The notes under the pieces were generated by a model, which was not told where the DNA came from, ran no database searches, and saw only the letters and a program-made list of their open reading frames with translations. A DNA stretch of 64,000 bases, from the NCBI GenBank assembly GCA_013239625.1, contig MU053881.1, positions 16,732,373-16,796,372 of the forward strand, given 5' to 3'. The stretch's first letter is position 1. Each line of letters opens with the position of its first letter. Shown piece by piece: positions 49,726 through 62,418 of the stretch. This stretch comes from Lama guanicoe (Eukaryota). Both the position numbers and the translations under genes were made by a program.

Positions 49726-52700
49726 CAAACAAACCCAAAACCCAAAACACCTTCCAGCGGCTTCCCACTGCTTCCCCGGCCCAAGAATTAAGTGCAAACA
49801 GTGGCCAGCGTGCTCCAAGGCTCTGCCTAACCTGGTCACCTCTCAGAACACATGCCTCCTGCCCTCCTCTCTGGCCACACTGCCCAAGCTTGTCCTGGCC
49901 TTGGGGCTTTTCCTGTCCTCCCCTGGAATGTTGCTTCATTCCACAGCCACCTGGCCCCCCTTCCCTTCACTCCGGTCTCTGCTCAGGTCACCTCCTTGAG
50001 GGAGTCTTCCTAAGCCTCCTCTCTCCCCTTCTTCTTCATGAACAATCCCTGACACTGGATATGTGTTGATTTGCTCTGTGAACCAAGGAACCAAACTTGC
50101 TAACTGGAATGGCCTGCGTGGAGGGGGAGTGGCCAAGCCCAGCTTTCGCCCCAAGGTGTTTGTTCTACATCTCTGCCTCTGAAGCCTGGAGACTGAGGCC
50201 TGGCCTGACCCCTCAGAATCCGGGATGGGGATGCTAACTCCATCCTTGCCCACCTCAGCTGTCCTAGGGACCATGGGGAGTAAAAGCCTGCACTTGAATT
50301 TCGCCTCCTGGAGCTTATTTTGTCCCCTAGGACATAAGCTCCAGGAGGTCAGGGGCTCATATGCCTTCCTCACAGCTGCATCTCCAGTGACAAAGCATGG
50401 CAGGGGCTGCTTGTATTTGCCAGAAGCCCATCACCCAGTCCTGCACACACACCCTGACTACAGGCCCTGGGACAGTCCTGGTCCCTCTGATTCATCCAAG
50501 TCATCTCTGCAGCCCCTGCACTGAGGCAGATGCCTGGCACGCAGCAGGCACTAGAGAAAGATGGATGAACCAAAGAGTCAAGAGCAATGAGATCCATGTG
50601 GTGCCCCACAGTTTACCAAGCACTTTCGTGTGTCATCCATCTCCCTGCAGGAATGAATGAACAGGGCCCTGACGAGATGGGGGCTGAGCCTGGCTAGGGA
50701 GAGCCAACTCCACGAGCCATAGGGCCAAGCTTACACCACAAAATGATCGATGGAGCTTAAGAGAACAGGCTTTGGCAAAACGTAACCTGGGCAGAAAATC
50801 AACAGCCACTTAATCCCTTATCTATAAAGAAAATCCAGAGATACCTGCCGTGCTAATACAGAACTGCCTTTATGCATTCGGTTGCGTTTCAGCACTAAGC
50901 CTCGCAGTGTCATCTCTTCCTAAAACAGCCCCCGACTCTTGTCACAGATGCATAGGGACTTACGGATTCAAAAGGCATTGTTCAGTCGACAGAGCCCACA
51001 GCATCACGGTGTCCTGTCCTCCTCCTGGGTTTTATTAACACACCAAGTTTAATTAGAAGTGTAAACTTTATGAGGCCTAAGAGTTAACGAGGCCATAACT
51101 TCAAGGTCACAGGGAACTAAACTTTCCTAGAAGACAGAGGTCTGCAGGAAGGCTACAAATGTAATGAGAATACCGGAGGGGGTGGGGAGGGAGGAATCCT
51201 GGGTTCAAATGCCACGTCCACCTCCTTAGGTGACCCTGCCCAAGTCGCATCCTTATCTGCAAGTGGAGGTCGGCCACCTCAGAGCCCTCAAGGGCTGGAC
51301 TGGGTTTTCTGGTCAAGAATTAAAAACCAAACAAGACTCAATGCCCCAATTGATCTCACTGGGAAGTTTCTGCCCCTGGAAAACTGAGGTCTGGGTTGAG
51401 AGCGAGCCACAGTCTACGAGGAGTTAACATCTCTTCCTGATTGGTGGGGATGCAAGGGTTATCCCGAAGTTTGACCCTGGAGCTAGGGGAAGGGAGGACT
51501 CAGAAACACCTGGGCCCAGGGGAAGGCTGCTATCACTCCAGGGGACATTCTGCTTCCTCTAGACAGCCTCTGGTTGTGGTGACAACCCCCTGTTCATTGT
51601 ACAGTTCTGATCCTCCACCATCCAGGGCACTGGCCAAGGAAGAGAGAACCACTCCTCAACTGAAGAAACAGGGCTCAGAGAGGTGAAGTGCTCATTCAAG
51701 GGCACAGAGAACAGGAAACCAGGCATGATGATTTCCAGTGCAATTCTCTTTACTTTACATCTGGCACTGAAGTGTTTTGCAAAGTGCAGCTCCTGGAGGA
51801 GGCAAGAATGGACTCAGCAGCTCATTGTGGGGTTCAGGGAGCCAAGGTACACGGGGTAAAGCAAAGCCCAGGCCCTTGGTCTTTTCCAGCTCCTGGGCTT
51901 GGTGACCATTTTCTTGCTTCCCTACTCCAGAGCAAGGCTGCACAGCCCACAGGCTACTCCATTTGATGGATGTTCCTTCCAGGTCAAGCCTTTTCATGTG
52001 GTCAATGGCTGTTTTTGTAGTGGTGGCGCTGGGGAAGAAGTCAGCCCCACTTTTGTGGATGGCAGAACTGAGAAGCAACAGGTCAATTCTGCTCAACCAC
52101 AATGTGGGCTGGCCCTGCAGAAAACGCTGTGCTGCAAAGTGACAGCTGGTGTCCTGGGCCTAGCGATAGGGAAGTCAGGGCTGTCTGTGGCAGTGGCTGA
52201 TTTTGGTTTCTCACTGAAGCTTTTATCTGACATCTCCTCAGGATGACAGGTCCCAGGGCAGGCAGCTGTCACTCGTCATTGCTGTCACCCTTGGGTTGGG
52301 ATGGAAGGCCGGACAGAGAAAGTCTTTAGACTCCCTCTCACCATTCCTTCTAGCAATAATTCCTCAATGGGGGATAAAGGGTCAGAGAGAGGAGTGCAAC
52401 CCCTGAATATTCGAGAGGAAAGAGCAGGAGAGGTCTAGGTTGGATTCCTAGCTCTGAGGTGGATCAGCTGTGCTTGTCCTGGGGGTGAGTGCGCACATCT
52501 CTCTGGGATGGTTGAACCCTGAGTTCTAGGGTCAGACACACCCAGGTACAAATGGCATCCTTGCCACCTGTAGACCGGGTGACCTTGGGAAAGTTCAGTG
52601 TCCTCCCTGAGCCTCAAATTCCTCATCTGTGGCATGAACTTGTAACAGCACCTAACACAGAGAACTGGCAAGTGTGATAAACCACATAAGGCGCCTGGCA

Positions 52701-52899
52701 CACAGTAAATGCTCAATAACGTCAGATGTCACTTGTCACTGTCCTTCCCCATGGCCAACTCCTCATGCCTCAGTTTCCACTTCTGTGAGACAAGGACGCC
52801 AAGCAATTGCTTGGAGAGCTGCTGCGAGGACAGAGCTAGATGATGGGTGCCAAGACTCTATACAGGACATATACTCTAACGAGCAGGCTAAGGGTTGGG

Positions 52900-54100
52900 G
52901 CCTCACTCTCCCCATCTGCAAAATGGGCGCCTGGTCCCGCCACCATGGCCCAGGAAACCCCGAACGGCGGTAGAGGCGACTTCTCTTTTTCCTTCTGGGC
53001 CCCTTGACCCTCTCAGATCCCTAGTCCATCCGGCCCGGCCGCTCCCTCAGCCCCAGCCCCTCAGGGGCGCGCCCGGCCCGGGCCTCCCGCGCCCCGGGCC
53101 GTTCCCCGGCCCCAGTACCTATGGTGGAGATGAAAGTGGAGTTGAAGGCGTCCTCGGAGAAGCGGAACAGGACACAGGTCTTCCCCACCCCCGAGTCCCC
53201 GATCAGCAGCAGCTTGAACAGGTAATCGTAGGTCTTCGCCATATTACACTCTCTCCCCGACGGGAAGTGCGCCCAGCGCCTCGCCACTGGCCGCTGGCCA
53301 CGTCCATCAGCGCCGATCCAGCCCCCCATTGGCTCCCGGCCCAACGCGCGTCACCGCGGCCGACGCCCGCCCCTGCGCCCCGCCCGCCTCGGGGAGACGT
53401 GGGGAAGAGGTGAGCCGGGCACGGAGCCGGAAGAGGCCCTAGCGCGTCGCTCATTGGTCGGCGCTTAGGATAGGGCGGACTGCCATTGGCCATCCGGGAG
53501 GAATCGAGGGGCTTCAAAAGGGGATAGAGCGGGGGCGTGGCATCCCGTGTCCCCGCCTTTTCCTTCCCCGACTCTGGGGTGGCCCCGCCCCCGACGGGAG
53601 GGGGAGGGCGAGGAACTTGCCAACGGCTCCGCGCGCCCTCAACTTGGGGGCGGGGTCTGGGAACCACGCGCAGGCGCGCCAGGAAGACCGTTGGCACTAG
53701 CGGAGGGCGCACGCGCGTGGGGTCTCAGGCGCCCGCCTTCCAAGGTCCGCGGAGCCTCAGTTGACGCTGAGACTAGCGCGGGAAGGCTGTGTGCCCGTGG
53801 TGGTGTGGTTTGGACGCCTTTCCGTCAGGCCAGGGGGAACCCAAGAGAAAACGAGTAGGGACGGCGTCATAGTCCAAGCGAGGACCCCTCGAGACGTATT
53901 TCGGACCCTCAGCGCTGGCCAGGGGACCCACCTAGAGATACCCAGGCCTCTGCCACCAGTTTACGCCCTGAGGCCCGCAGGACTTGTCAGGACGCGCCCT
54001 TGAACCCTACTTAGAAGTTGTCCAGTTCTTTTCCTCTAGAGCCTCGCTCCATTAAGGCGCTCTCGGGGGACCTCGGAACCCGCCGAGGGAGTTAGGGTAG
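52900..54100. promoter_or_regulatory. CpG-island promoter of RAB8A
   Basis: CpG-dense; three minus-strand CCAAT boxes (~53328, ~53453, ~53485), GC boxes, and CCGGAAG at ~53427. Confidence 0.85.
53119..53242 (-). CDS. RAB8A: RAB8A exon 1 ([41 protein letters not shown])
   Basis: ATG at 53240-53242; G|gtact donor; 124 nt; P-loop GDSGVGKT. Ras-related protein Rab-8A. Confidence 0.97.
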
Positions 54101-56544
54101 TAAGAATTACAGGGAATAATTTGGGTGTTGGTTCTGTGCCTGCCAGTGTTGCCAGCACTTACAAAAAGTATATAAAATACATTACCCCCACCCCAACCCA
54201 CAGAGGTAGGTATTACTGTGTTCCACCCGCCCCGCCGTTTTATGGTGAGAAAAGCGAGGCCAGAGAGGTTAAGTGACTTTCCTAGGCTCTTAACCAGGTA
54301 ATTTGGTTTTCGATCTCAAAGCGACCAGCTTCAGAGGCTAAGGTCTTGACCACTATGGTTTCCTGCATCGCAGTGATGAGCCACACCGTGTGGCTTCATC
54401 GCTATATATCACTCTGGGGTATCAGGCCTCCAGGCTTAGCCCAAAGATCTTACAAAAGATGGCTCCTGTCTCTCCACATTTGTGTTCACAAATGTGGATG
54501 AACTGGCCCCAGTTTGGGGGAAGGAGACTATTACAGAGTGATTCTGAGTAGAAACTTATTAGAGATTTTATATTTTTTAGTAGATTTTCTGGTAGAAGGA
54601 ACCCGCACAATGAAATGATATGGTTTGAAAAAACAACACTGATGCACATTCTTCTGCTCATCTGGCTCTGGTTAGGAAAAGCTCCATCCAGAGCCACTGA
54701 CCACTTGGTTGCCCTCATCCTCTGTGGGATTTGATACTATTGACCACCTTCTCTGTCAATTCTTTCTTGGTACTCTTCCCATCTTATTTGCCTGTTATAT
54801 TACCTATGCCTTCCCTTCTCTGGGCACTGCTCAGATTCCACTGCATTGAGTGGGGGGGGGCGGGGTTGTCCCTTACATATTGGTGTTCCTTATGGATCTT
54901 TCTCTCTTTGTTCTTGCTTTTGGGGTGATTATATTCACTCCTATGGCTTCTACTATCTCCATGTTGGTGAGTCTCAATTCTCAAGAGACCCCATTGCCCA
55001 CCCACCACTCCATGCCCCAACTGCTTTCCGGGAATCTGCCTTTCGATCTGTCAGACACTTCGTTATGTCCACAACTGAACCGTCATCTTCCCCTCGCACT
55101 AGCTTGTCTTGAACCACCTTCTGGGTGAAACCTAAGTCATCTTTGACAGTTTTCTTTCATCCTTCGCATCCTGGTATTTAAGTAGGTTCTAAATAGCTCT
55201 TGAATCTTGCTGTTCTGTTTCTGTTGCACGTTAGATCATCACATCTCTCCACTGGTCTCCCTGATCATTCTCTAATCTGGATTCCACCCTGCAGTGTGCT
55301 CAGTCTAAAATATTTATCCAGTATCCACCCATGGTCTATTGGCAGGATAAAGTCCTCATCCCATGTCCTACCCACACTTCATGGGATTGGGAACTCCCCA
55401 AGAGCTGAGACAGGTCAGTCTAACAAACATTAAATACTTAAGTGCTGAGGCACAAGGATGCCTAAAACAGTATACTGAGTTTAGATTACAGCCGAAGGAG
55501 GTGGGAAGGAGGGAGGGGAGGAATTTCAATCTAGCAGTGGTAGGGCCCTTAAGAGGAGGGGATAGACTTTATCCATTGACATTCCCTGCATCTACCACAT
55601 AAACAAGCTGTGTCAGCTAAATGTTGAATTAAAATGAAAGAAATGTTTTAAATTATACTTGGTAACAAAATTATTGCCTATTACGTTCATGTTTTACAGG
55701 CTTTCATTTCTCTTTGATTCCCTAACCTCCTTCCCCAAGAGCAGATCTTAAGGCAAATATCAAAGCAGTTTGGGTAATGAAACTGCAGTCATCTTCGACC
55801 GTTTCTTTAAATTCCTGCCATCCAATAAACTAAGTCTTGGGATTACTTCCTTCAGTTCACTTCTTCCTTCTCATTCCAGTATGGCAATCACTATCCTGGG
55901 TTAACTGAAGTAACTTCCTGGCTGAGCTGCCTGCCTCTGGTCTACCTCCACTCTAGTCCTTCCTAAAAATGAATGCCAAGTGGATTTTCCTAATTTATTT
56001 CTTCTATTTGTTGATCAATGGCTCTCCACCCTTGACCAAATCAAGTTCAGGTTCTAATCAGTGTGAACCCAGCCGACCTTCCAGCTTTCCTACTTCTTTC
56101 CTTTATAAAAGCAACACAGAGAAAACTACCCAGGCAGGCCTTGTGCTTTCCTGACTCAAGCAACAGGGACCATCTTCCCTGCTACCTTCTCTATTAAAAT
56201 CTTACTCATTCTTTCACAATCTGGCTCAGGCAAGACGGGATAACAAAGGACAGGAGGTTTGAGTAACCAAGGGAAATAGCTCTCACCTGTAACACAGAGA
56301 TCACAATCCTTATACCGTGAGTCACAGGATACAGCAAATACGTAAATGTGCTAAGTTCTTGGCACAGTTCTCTCTCCTTTCTATCCCGTTCACATTTGTT
56401 GAACCAAAATGCTGTCTGTGTCCCCACACATTCTGAAATTCACACCGATCGTAGTTTCTGTAAAAATTTATTTGACCAAAATGTAGAAAAAGTGATACTA
56501 TTACATATGATACAGTTGCAAGAATTTAAATGAAAAGTGTGGGT

Positions 56545-56550
56545 TTTATT
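56545..56550 (-). terminator. TPM4 (exon 9d) poly(A) signal
   Basis: Minus-strand AATAAA about 1.25 kb after the 9d stop codon, followed by T-rich sequence. Confidence 0.65.
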
Positions 56551-57801
56551 CAATTGCACAATTTGCTAGTGTATCTCCCGGGTAGTGTGATGCTTAATAA
56601 ATAGGAGTGAGGGGCAGAGGATTTGGATAAGCTGGAAGCAGGGTGATTTTTAGTCAGAATTGTAAACTTGAGTTGGCCCCCCCACACTGCTGGGGAATGT
56701 GGAATGTTTCAGCTCTGAGATGTTAACTGAGAAAGCAGAAATATAACAAAGCCAAAATGTGCAGCCTTGACCACAACATACTCCATATCCAGTTTAATCA
56801 GGAGTTTCTTGGTCTTTTATGAACTTGGGTCCTGAAGAAGGTGTTAAAATTCTAGGTAAGTAATTTCCAATTTGCCATTCCCTGGAGTATAGAGGAGATG
56901 AAGTTAGGCAAATTATTTTTCAATCTCTACTTTGCTGTGAGAGAGGCCCACTCCACCCAGTTTTTGTTGATAGAAAACAGCCTCACTCAATTATTGACGG
57001 CTAGCAGTCTTTTTGATATGGCTCCTCAGAATAGGACTGAATTCTACAATATGCATTCCTGCTGAGTGGATGGTCTCATATCAGAGCAGATAAACAGGGG
57101 TCGTTACTGGAGCAGGACATTAGCTCCTCAGAGACCCACTTTAGAACAAAAGAAACACACAGGGAGCATAGTATTAAGGATCCACCCGGAAAATAGCTGG
57201 GCAATCATTTCGACTCTTTCCCAAGCATTCTCATGCCAACTGCTCAGAGGACGTTTGTTCTGCACGAGGGAGTGTGGAAAGAGCTGGGACGACTAGGTGA
57301 ATCTGTGTGGTCTACGACTTCCCACAGTATACCCCAGCCCCCGCCTTCTTTTGCTTTGCATGGAAAATCCCCGCCCATTTCAATGTGATGGTCCCTGGCC
57401 TCCTGTAGTGTGACCAACAGTGGATATTCTTCAATTTTTCAAATTGACCCAAGACTAGACATTGGAATCTGTGTTTTGAAAGCGTGGGGTTATCTATTCT
57501 CCTGGGAATCGAATGCCCGCAGTCTTAAGAGAGTATGCTCAATATGAAATACCCTGCCTACCTTAGGAATAAATGCAGTTTAAGGATAAAAATAGAGCTG
57601 AAAAAGCTGGTGCCCTTTGGGGGGGAAAAAAAGGGAAGGGATAGATTTAACTGGTGCACAAAGCGTCTCTGATACAAAATATTTGGTCAACGTATTCATT
57701 TCCAGCAAAGCGAAGAGGCAATAACAAAAGAAACTTCTACAAGAGAAGAGAAAGACACGGAGCTCTGGAGTTTCTGTTGGACCGAGACTCTTCTGTTTTG
57801 G

Positions 57802-57884
57802 TTATATACAGTTTAGTTCATTTAGTGTCTGATCCAGTGTCTGATGTAAGCCCACGTTCTCTTCTTTGGCCTGGGCAAGTTTTT
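57802..57884 (-). CDS. TPM4: TPM4 terminal exon 9d, cytoskeletal (EKLAQAKEENVGLHQTLDQTLNELNCI*)
   Basis: caccag|AA; 83 nt; diagnostic TPM4 C-terminus ELNCI; ACTAAC branch-like motif at ~57912-57917. Confidence 0.96.
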
Positions 57885-60654
57885 CTGGTGAGAGTTAAGA
57901 ATGGGGGAAAAGTTAGTTAATAAGCATCTTTGTTAAAGGAGAAAAAAGATTTCTAAAATCCACACTGCCACAGTGGAAGAGCAGAGAAAATACTCTGCAT
58001 TTTAATTATAGCAGAACACCATGGACTAACATAGACTAAGTACCAAATATGGGAGTCAGGATTGCAAAATAAAATACAGCCATATCAAATTGCCAATAAA
58101 CAACAAATACATTTTTTTAGCATAAGTGTATCCCAAATGCTGCTAGAGATATATCAAAAATTTATTCCTTGCCCATCTGGAAATCCAATGTAACTGGGTG
58201 TTCTGTATTTTAATATGCTGAATCTGGCAATCCTTGAGTTAGAACACCTGGATTGAAGCCCCCGTTGTGTCAGTGAAGTAAGCCATTTAAACTTGCTAGG
58301 TCTCAGTTTCCCTGTCTGCCAAATGGGGATAATACCAATATGTGGTACAGGGGTCATGATGAAGAACCAACCAATGAGAAATGGTTCAGAACCTATGAAA
58401 TGCTACAAAGACATAAGATTTTAGTCTGAGACATGGATGACCTAATACATTTTCTCCACAGGGCCGGCTAATTAGTCCTTGAGCTTATAATAGGAAAATA
58501 CCATCCCGTAACTCATCTTTCCTTTGGAGCTTCTGGGAAAAGCTGTTTAATTTCAGGCAGAATTGTGTTATTGTGTCTGTGTGTCCACAGGAAGGTAGTA
58601 AAACACGAGGTAAACGCAATGTGATTGAAATTTAAGCCAGATTACAGGTATGTTCTTAAATGACTAAACTGATGAAACAAATGGGAAAAAAACAAAAAAC
58701 ACGAAAACCCAAGATGTCATTTAGATCTATGCATGACAGAGCACGAGGGAGAACTGGTTTGCAACGAGTGATGACTGATAGGGGACTAGGCCAAGACTCA
58801 TTAAAATACCGGAGGAAAAGCAAAATGCCTCATAAAATGTGATACGATCAGCTTGGAAATTTTCAGCAAGAAAAAAAAACTGCAAAAGATGGCAGCCTTT
58901 CAACCACAACTACTGAAACTTTCATTTGATGTGGCACTTAAAAAAAAAAAATCTAGCAACTACAATCTGGGAGGATTCCGTCAGGGAACAGTGACACGGG
59001 CCTGTCCAGTCTGGATTAACAGAGTAACTGAGAGCCTACTACATGCAAACCAGTTTCTCCATGATCTCATTTCTTTCTCTACAACTGAGCTACCACTTTC
59101 ATTTTGCAAAAAAGCTAAGCAGCTTGTTCAAGGTGGCACAGCCGAAATGGTAGAGCTGGGATTCAAACCCAGGTCTCCCAACTACACATCCTGACCTCAC
59201 TTCACCTTGCCACTTGGGTTCCCGGGCATCTACTTTGTTATTAGGTCCGAGATAAAATAAATTTCCCCTGAAGTGTTAATTGCCCTTGAGAAGTGTGATA
59301 GGCCCACACACTGTCAATAGGTAAGTCCCACTTCGGTGCTTAGTTAGGCAGAATGACTGGATAGGCAGGGCTGCAGATATTTCAAAGGGTGGAGGCTGCC
59401 AGTGTCTGGAAAAACCCCAGAAACAAATATGCAGAGAGAGCAAACAAAAACCACCCATCCCTACACAGTGTAATCTTTCCAGGGGCATATGTATGGCAGT
59501 ATGGGAGGGGAGGGGTTTATGCAGAGTTCAGGGTGGATGGCAGGAAGAGAGAAAGGTTGGGGGTGGAAGGGCGTGGCTAGTTTAGGGAAGACATATTTTG
59601 GAGGAATGACTATAAAGAACTGTGACACAGGTCCCCACCTGAATAAAAAATTACCCAATGAGGAATACCAAGCTGTAGTGACCAACAATTAATGATCTAA
59701 GTGGAGGTTTTCATGCCATTTTCAGGTTCAAGGGGCGGTCTGGAAGACGGCTTGGACTTCAAAATGTGTGTTACTGGGACAGTCTGAGGTGGTGGAGGTG
59801 GGGTGCAGGGGAGATCCAGATAGACCGTTTGAAATTTGGATTCTCTCGGGAAAACGGATGAACTTTCGGTCACTACAGGTGTGACCTTTTAACACCCACA
59901 CGTGAACTTTATGAGCTCTTATTAAACCAGAGTTTCTGGTTCTGGTTAACTCAAGTATGAGGGGAGACAGATATTAGCATCTCAGGCAGCTCAGTCTCGA
60001 ACTTGAAAAAAATTCACCTCCCTTCCTTTGGCTTTCCGGCAGCTTCCATTCCCTCTCCCTGCTAATGGGGATGCCCTTTGATTCCTTGCATAGTTGTTGT
60101 CGAAGGGCAGGGTATAGAGGTGAACTTCACTGGTGAACTTCCTCCCAGGACTGGGAACTGGAGAGATGCTCCACGAACAGTGAAGACATAGGGAACCCCA
60201 GGCACCATTCCGAGCGTAACACAGAGAAACGAGAAGAGGATGGCTAAGGAGACCGAAACACCACTGCTGCTGTTTGAGTCTGGAGATGAAGCCCCACTTA
60301 AGGGTAGCATCTTTTTAGAGAAGCCTGCTAGTTTTTACAAGTTATGCTGACTCTATTAAGCTGCTTTAAGAGGTTGGATGAGTTGCCATTCAAAACAATT
60401 TCTATTTAAGGAAAAACTGCTATTAGCATGCAGAAGCAGTTCGTGAATACATTCGAGAGCTCATGCCAAACTGGCTTTTGTTTTCACATTGTCAGAAAAG
60501 AATCCTGTGGGCAAAATTTTTCTGTTTTGAAATGTGCTCTTCGTTGAAACCACTCACTCTCGGTTGCAGCCACGGTCAAGGGCATCACAGTGATGGCTCA
60601 AAAGCGGCAAATGGTGAAAATGAAAATGAGAGGGCTTGAAGAGGACCGCCTGTC

Positions 60655-60660
60655 TTTATT
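60655..60660 (-). terminator. Poly(A) signal for TPM4 exon 9a
   Basis: Minus-strand AATAAA about 160 nt after the 9a stop codon. Confidence 0.65.
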
Positions 60661-60818
60661 TCGGTCACCCATCACAGACACAGCAGGAGAAGGCTTGAAA
60701 GATCCAATTAGGAGGCAGGAAACTGGAGCTTCTAGAAGCCCAAGAGAATGCTAGTACCACAGTGAGAAGGCGGACCCCCAGTATTGCTAGGACAGAGGGG
60801 TGGCACCCCAGCTGCCTC

Positions 60819-61016
<198 letters not shown>

Positions 61017-61917
61017 TCATGAACTAGGAGAAAGCTGTGTCCTATGGAAAACAAATGAGAAAACCAAAGACCTATGGAGTGATTTCTAAGTGGCGTGAAG
61101 TTCTGTGGGGAATTAGCCACAATGAACCTCTAAGAAAGTGGTGACTAGAAACGGACAGAGCTTCTCCCTATACCAACCTCCTGCCCCAGGTTATTTCTGA
61201 CTTTCAGTGATGTCATCCTGTCCAAAGGTTACGCTTTGGAATGTGGCATTTTCCCTTATATGGAAACCTCACTTCCCAAACCAAACACTGGGACACATGG
61301 TTTGAGGACTGAGTTTTGTACCCTTTCTGGGTGGGACAGGCAGTATGGGAGATTTCCTTTGACTCCCAAGATTCTGGAATTTCTGAGTTATTTCATGAAG
61401 AACACGGGACAGAATTTTTTGGAAAGATGGAACTCTTCAAGGAGTTCTGGGCTACGTAGGCCCCAGACTCTCAGACCAGAGTCCTTGTTCAGGTCTCATC
61501 GGTATCTCTATTTCCATTTTCTCACACTGTGATAAGCTTTTCACTCTCTGGGAGAGAGCTGTAAAAAATGCAAGGCATTAAAAAAATGCAAGGCATCTTA
61601 GAAATGAGCAAATTGAAGGAAATTCTAAAGACTCAAAAAAAGGAAAAAAGCAGCCCTATTTTGGGGTCTGTGTGCTCACACGTGGAGCTAATTACACAGA
61701 AATACTTTGGTTCCTGAAGTATGGCAACCTTAGTCTGAATTTGTTTTGCACTGTCCCATTCAGGGCTCCAGACTTCCAGATGTGACATCACTCTGCACGT
61801 TTATTATCCTAAGGCGAACGAAGCCCAGCTCAGCCCTTCCGCAAACTGCCCCAGCTCTCTGTGGATGTGTCACGTAGGGGGAGGCAGAGCAAACATAATT
61901 AGAAGGCCATTTCCTAC

Positions 61918-61987
61918 CTTCCAGGTCATCAATTGTCTTTTCCAGTTTTGCAACTGTTCTTTCTGCAAATTCCGCACGGGTCTCAGC
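61918..61987 (-). CDS. TPM4: TPM4 exon 8 (AETRAEFAERTVAKLEKTIDDLE)
   Basis: cctag|GCT...G|gtagg; 70 nt. Confidence 0.96.
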
Positions 61988-62073
61988 CTAGGGCAGAGGC
62001 AAGGAGTCACTGTGACTGCTTCCAGACCAGCCCCCAGGAGAAACCTCAACTGGCTGGGTGTGACCACACTCAC

Positions 62074-62136
62074 CTCTTTCAGTTTGTCAGACAGAAGTTT
62101 AATTTCTTCTTCATATTTATCCTCCTTTTCAGAATA
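62074..62136 (-). CDS. TPM4: TPM4 exon 7 (YSEKEDKYEEEIKLLSDKLKE); upstream exons lie off the right edge
   Basis: cacag|TAT...GAG|gtgag; 63 nt. Confidence 0.96.
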
Positions 62137-62176
62137 CTGTGGGAGAAACCAAAACATTGCTTTTAAAAAAGGAGGG

Positions 62177-62418
62177 GTGGGGGCAGGGTATAGCTCAGCG
62201 GTAGAGTGTATGCTTAGCATGCACAATGTCCTGGGCTCAATCCCTAGGACCGCCATCAAAATAAATAAACCTAATTATCCTCCTCCCCCCCAAACAAACC
62301 AACAGAAAAACCACCCAAACAAACAATGGGGATGGATACAGTTCAGCAGTAGAGCACATGCTTAGCATGCATGAGGTCCTGAGTTCAATTCCTGGTAACT
62401 CCGTTAAACAAATTAAAT
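62177..62418 (+). mobile_element. Tandem dimer of tRNA-Ala-derived SINE inside one TSD
   Basis: Two tRNA-like heads (~62180, ~62328); TSD AAAAAGGAGGG at 62166-62176 and 62419-62429. Confidence 0.85.
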
